Position numbers and translations under genes: made by a program
Notes under the pieces: generated by a model
The model's database searches: none
Told to the model about the DNA's origin: nothing
Seen by the model: the letters and a program-made list of their open reading frames with translations, nothing else
Assembly: GCF_001194135.2 (NCBI RefSeq)
Contig: NC_068984.1
Location: 105,033,008-105,097,007, forward strand
DNA length: 64,000 nt
Reading direction: 5' to 3'
DNA from: Octopus bimaculoides
Taxonomy: Eukaryota
In this document: piece by piece, positions 62,819 through 64,000 of the stretch
How the letters are laid out: each line of letters opens with the position of its first letter
How positions within the stretch are numbered: the stretch's first letter is position 1

Positions 62819-63319
62819 TAAACAGATGGGTTGTGTACTGTAACTTAATCTCTAAAAATCATTTGCAGAAAAACTTCTTATTCTTTAGATGAAGCAAAAC
62901 TGCTTCTTGTTGAGAGTTCTAAATCATTTCTTTCTTTTCTAACTTATTTTAAATTTCAGTTTTTATAAATATTTTTCCTTTTTCATTTCTAAAACAGCAG
63001 TTAACTTTGAAGTTTGTTAAATCGGTATTACTGGCCAGAGTTATGAATACTTTTTTCTTTAACTCTCTTCCAATTACATTTATTTCAATATGTTTTCAAT
63101 GACAGGGATTGGCAAAAGCAGCAAGATACTGAATAACTAGTGTCATATCTAGTTATAGTCATTAACATAGTGAGTTCAAATTCTACTGAGATCGACTTAC
63201 AAGCATAAAAAAGAACCAGTCATAAGCTAGAAGAAAATAATCATTACCTTCATCTCCAAAATATGTGGTTTTGTACTTACATTAAAAATTATTTTCCAAC
63301 TGCATTATATAGTATGACT

Positions 63320-64000
63320 TACGAGGGGTGTATGAAAAGTCTTGAGCCTCAAAACAACAAAACATAGTACAAGACTTCTGATGATTTATTTTTCAACACA
63401 GTCCCCCTCAATGGCTGAACACTTTCTCCAGTGGTGCTGAAGCGCCATTATCCTGGCATAGAGGAACACTTTTGTTTGAGACTCCAAGAAACTTCCTACA
63501 GCATCTATGACGTCATTGTCACTGGCAAAATGGTGACAAGCCAGGGCTTTTTTCATTTTTGAGAATAGATGAAAGTCAAAGGAGGCTAAGTCTGGTGAAT
63601 AAGGTAGCTGGGAAACAAGTTCGTATCCACAATCACGAATTGTTGCCATGGCAACCACTGAGGTGTGGGCTGGAGCATTGTCGTGATAAAAAAGGACTCC
63701 TCTGGTGAGCATTCCCAGCCTTTTTTCTTTGATTGCTTCTCGGAGGCATTTCAGTAGCTGAGAATAATACAGCCCTGTCACAGTGTGACCCTTTTCAAGG
63801 TAATCAATCAGCAAGACACATTGAGAATCAAAAAAAAAACTGACGCCATGATCTTGCCAGCTGAAGGAATGACCCTGGCCTTCTTTGGGGTCGGAGAAGA
63901 TGTGTGCTTCCACTGCTTTGATTGTTCTTTGGTTTCAGGCTGGTAATGATGAACCCAACTTTCGTCCATAGTAATGAAATGAGCAAGAAAATTCTCTTCA
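63320..64000 (-). mobile_element. Mariner transposon (DD34D), 3' half; runs off the window end
   Basis: ITMDESWVHHY at the window end, HDNAPAH...PYSPDLASFD with 34-residue D-D spacing, stop at 63386, terminal tacgaggggtgtatgaaaagt; frameshifted. Confidence 0.93.

Noticed and set aside
1-64000. CRISPR arrays, rRNA, prokaryotic operons or defence systems
   Set aside because: No regularly spaced repeat-spacer arrays, rRNA-like segments or dense gene packing; the DNA is eukaryotic and intronic.

Overview
AT-rich, microsatellite-rich eukaryotic genomic DNA with four N-gaps (5923-6022, 11023-11060, 12696-12705, 47969-48724). The SINE, MITE and microsatellite landscape suggests a cephalopod (octopus-like) genome; this is inference. 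The only host coding exon I can firmly support is a 99-nt + strand exon at 49146-49244 encoding part of the inhibitory propeptide of a furin-type proprotein convertase (IMPDFYHIQHKKVAKRSIYASKSHQVALAAEPQ). The window therefore appears to be the 5' end and very large first introns of a furin-like gene. A CpG-rich region and a candidate 5' mini-exon lie near 2 kb, and CpG depletion starts at about 2.6 kb. The introns are filled with decayed mobile elements: Tc1, mariner, maT (DD37D), Tigger/pogo, Chapaev-like, piggyBac-type TTAA MITEs, R4/Dong-like and RTE LINEs, Penelope-like pieces and at least two tRNA-derived SINE families. The most notable oddities are: a variant minimal type I hammerhead ribozyme motif (about 5052-5092, - strand); a roughly 3.4-kb decayed, intronless, Cys-rich coding remnant of unknown family (25.2-28.6 kb); an inverted pair of non-autonomous mariners with long inverted arms; a nested palindrome at 7887-7935; and an assembly gap that probably hides the furin signal-peptide exon. 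All calls are by eye, no databases were run, and repeat boundaries are approximate.
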